From positions 2,728,001-2,792,000 of the forward strand of contig JBPQGU010000016.1 in assembly GCA_051362555.1 (NCBI GenBank): a stretch of DNA of 64,000 bases, read 5' to 3'. Positions 63,595-64,000 of the stretch are shown piece after piece. Each line of letters starts with the position of its first letter. Within the stretch, counting starts at the first letter, position 1. A program made the position numbers and the translations under genes. Under the pieces are notes generated by a model, which saw only the letters and a program-made list of their open reading frames with translations, did not search any database and was not told where the DNA came from. This DNA is from Lingula anatina. Taxonomy: Eukaryota; Animalia; Brachiopoda.

Positions 63595-63962
63595 TATTTT
63601 TTAATCTCCTTTTTTGTTTTTGATTCAACAACTTCATCTGTTAATACAACAGTAATATGTGATGCTCTTTTTCAAACAGGATATGCTGAACCTTTTGCTC
63701 TAGGACGAATTCTTTTTAATTTTCTTCCTTCATTAACAAAAATTTCTTCAATAAATAATGAACTTAAATTCATTTTATGATTATTTGTTGCATTTGAAAT
63801 TGCAGATTTTAATAATTTTAAAACTACAGGAGCAGATCTTTTTTGAGTATTTGAAAGAGTGTTTAAAGCTTTTTCAATATCCATTTTTCTAATTAAATTA
63901 ACTACTAATCTAACTTTTCTTGGTGTAATAGATAAATTTTTTAAATGTGCATAAGCTTTCAT
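63594..63962 (-). CDS. rplV: 50S ribosomal protein L22
   Basis: ITPRKVRLV; RPRAKGSA; SHITVV. Confidence 0.95.
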
Positions 63963-63963
63963 A

Positions 63964-64000
63964 CTATTTGTTCTTTCCGCTATGACCTCCAAATTTTCTT
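63964..64000 (-). CDS. rpsS: 30S ribosomal protein S19 (3' end only)
   Basis: Ends RKFGGHSGKNK-stop directly upstream of rplV. Confidence 0.75.
   Translation of the reverse strand, partial: RKFGGHSGKNK

Noticed and set aside
1597-63780. Short plus-strand ORFs such as 4875-5123, 6150-6434, 30312-30545 and 62580-62816
   Set aside because: Antisense shadows of conserved minus-strand genes.
63963-63992. Extended rplV start at TTG 63992
   Set aside because: This stretch is the 3' end of rpsS; ATG 63962 is the better start.
1-64000. Apparent mass pseudogenisation in the ORF track
   Set aside because: Breaks are in-frame TGA codons read as Trp in code 4.

Overview
Very AT-rich Mollicutes chromosome segment using genetic code 4. 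TGA encodes Trp, so the supplied ORF track splits most genes; coordinates here are re-joined by hand. Nearly all genes are on the minus strand. Core content: alaS, aspS, hisS, trpS, lysS, tig, tsaD, ftsK, pyrG, an ECF transporter, 11 tRNAs and much of the S10-spc-alpha ribosomal cluster. About 23 kb separates adk from map. It holds a rearranged type II-A CRISPR-Cas9 locus (tracrRNA-cas1-cas2-csn2-like-cas9-array, about 141 repeats), two tandem 7-repeat (beta-propeller-like) surface protein genes with poly(A) promoters, tRNA-Ser and pyrG. Most notable: a tracrRNA with a split anti-repeat and a 5' segment that can pair with its own lower stem, an RDD-PcrA fusion, a Zn-ribbon-TrmL fusion, tRNA-Ile(UAU), and ECF ATPases whose motif defects map to one composite site. 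No searches or folding programs were run.
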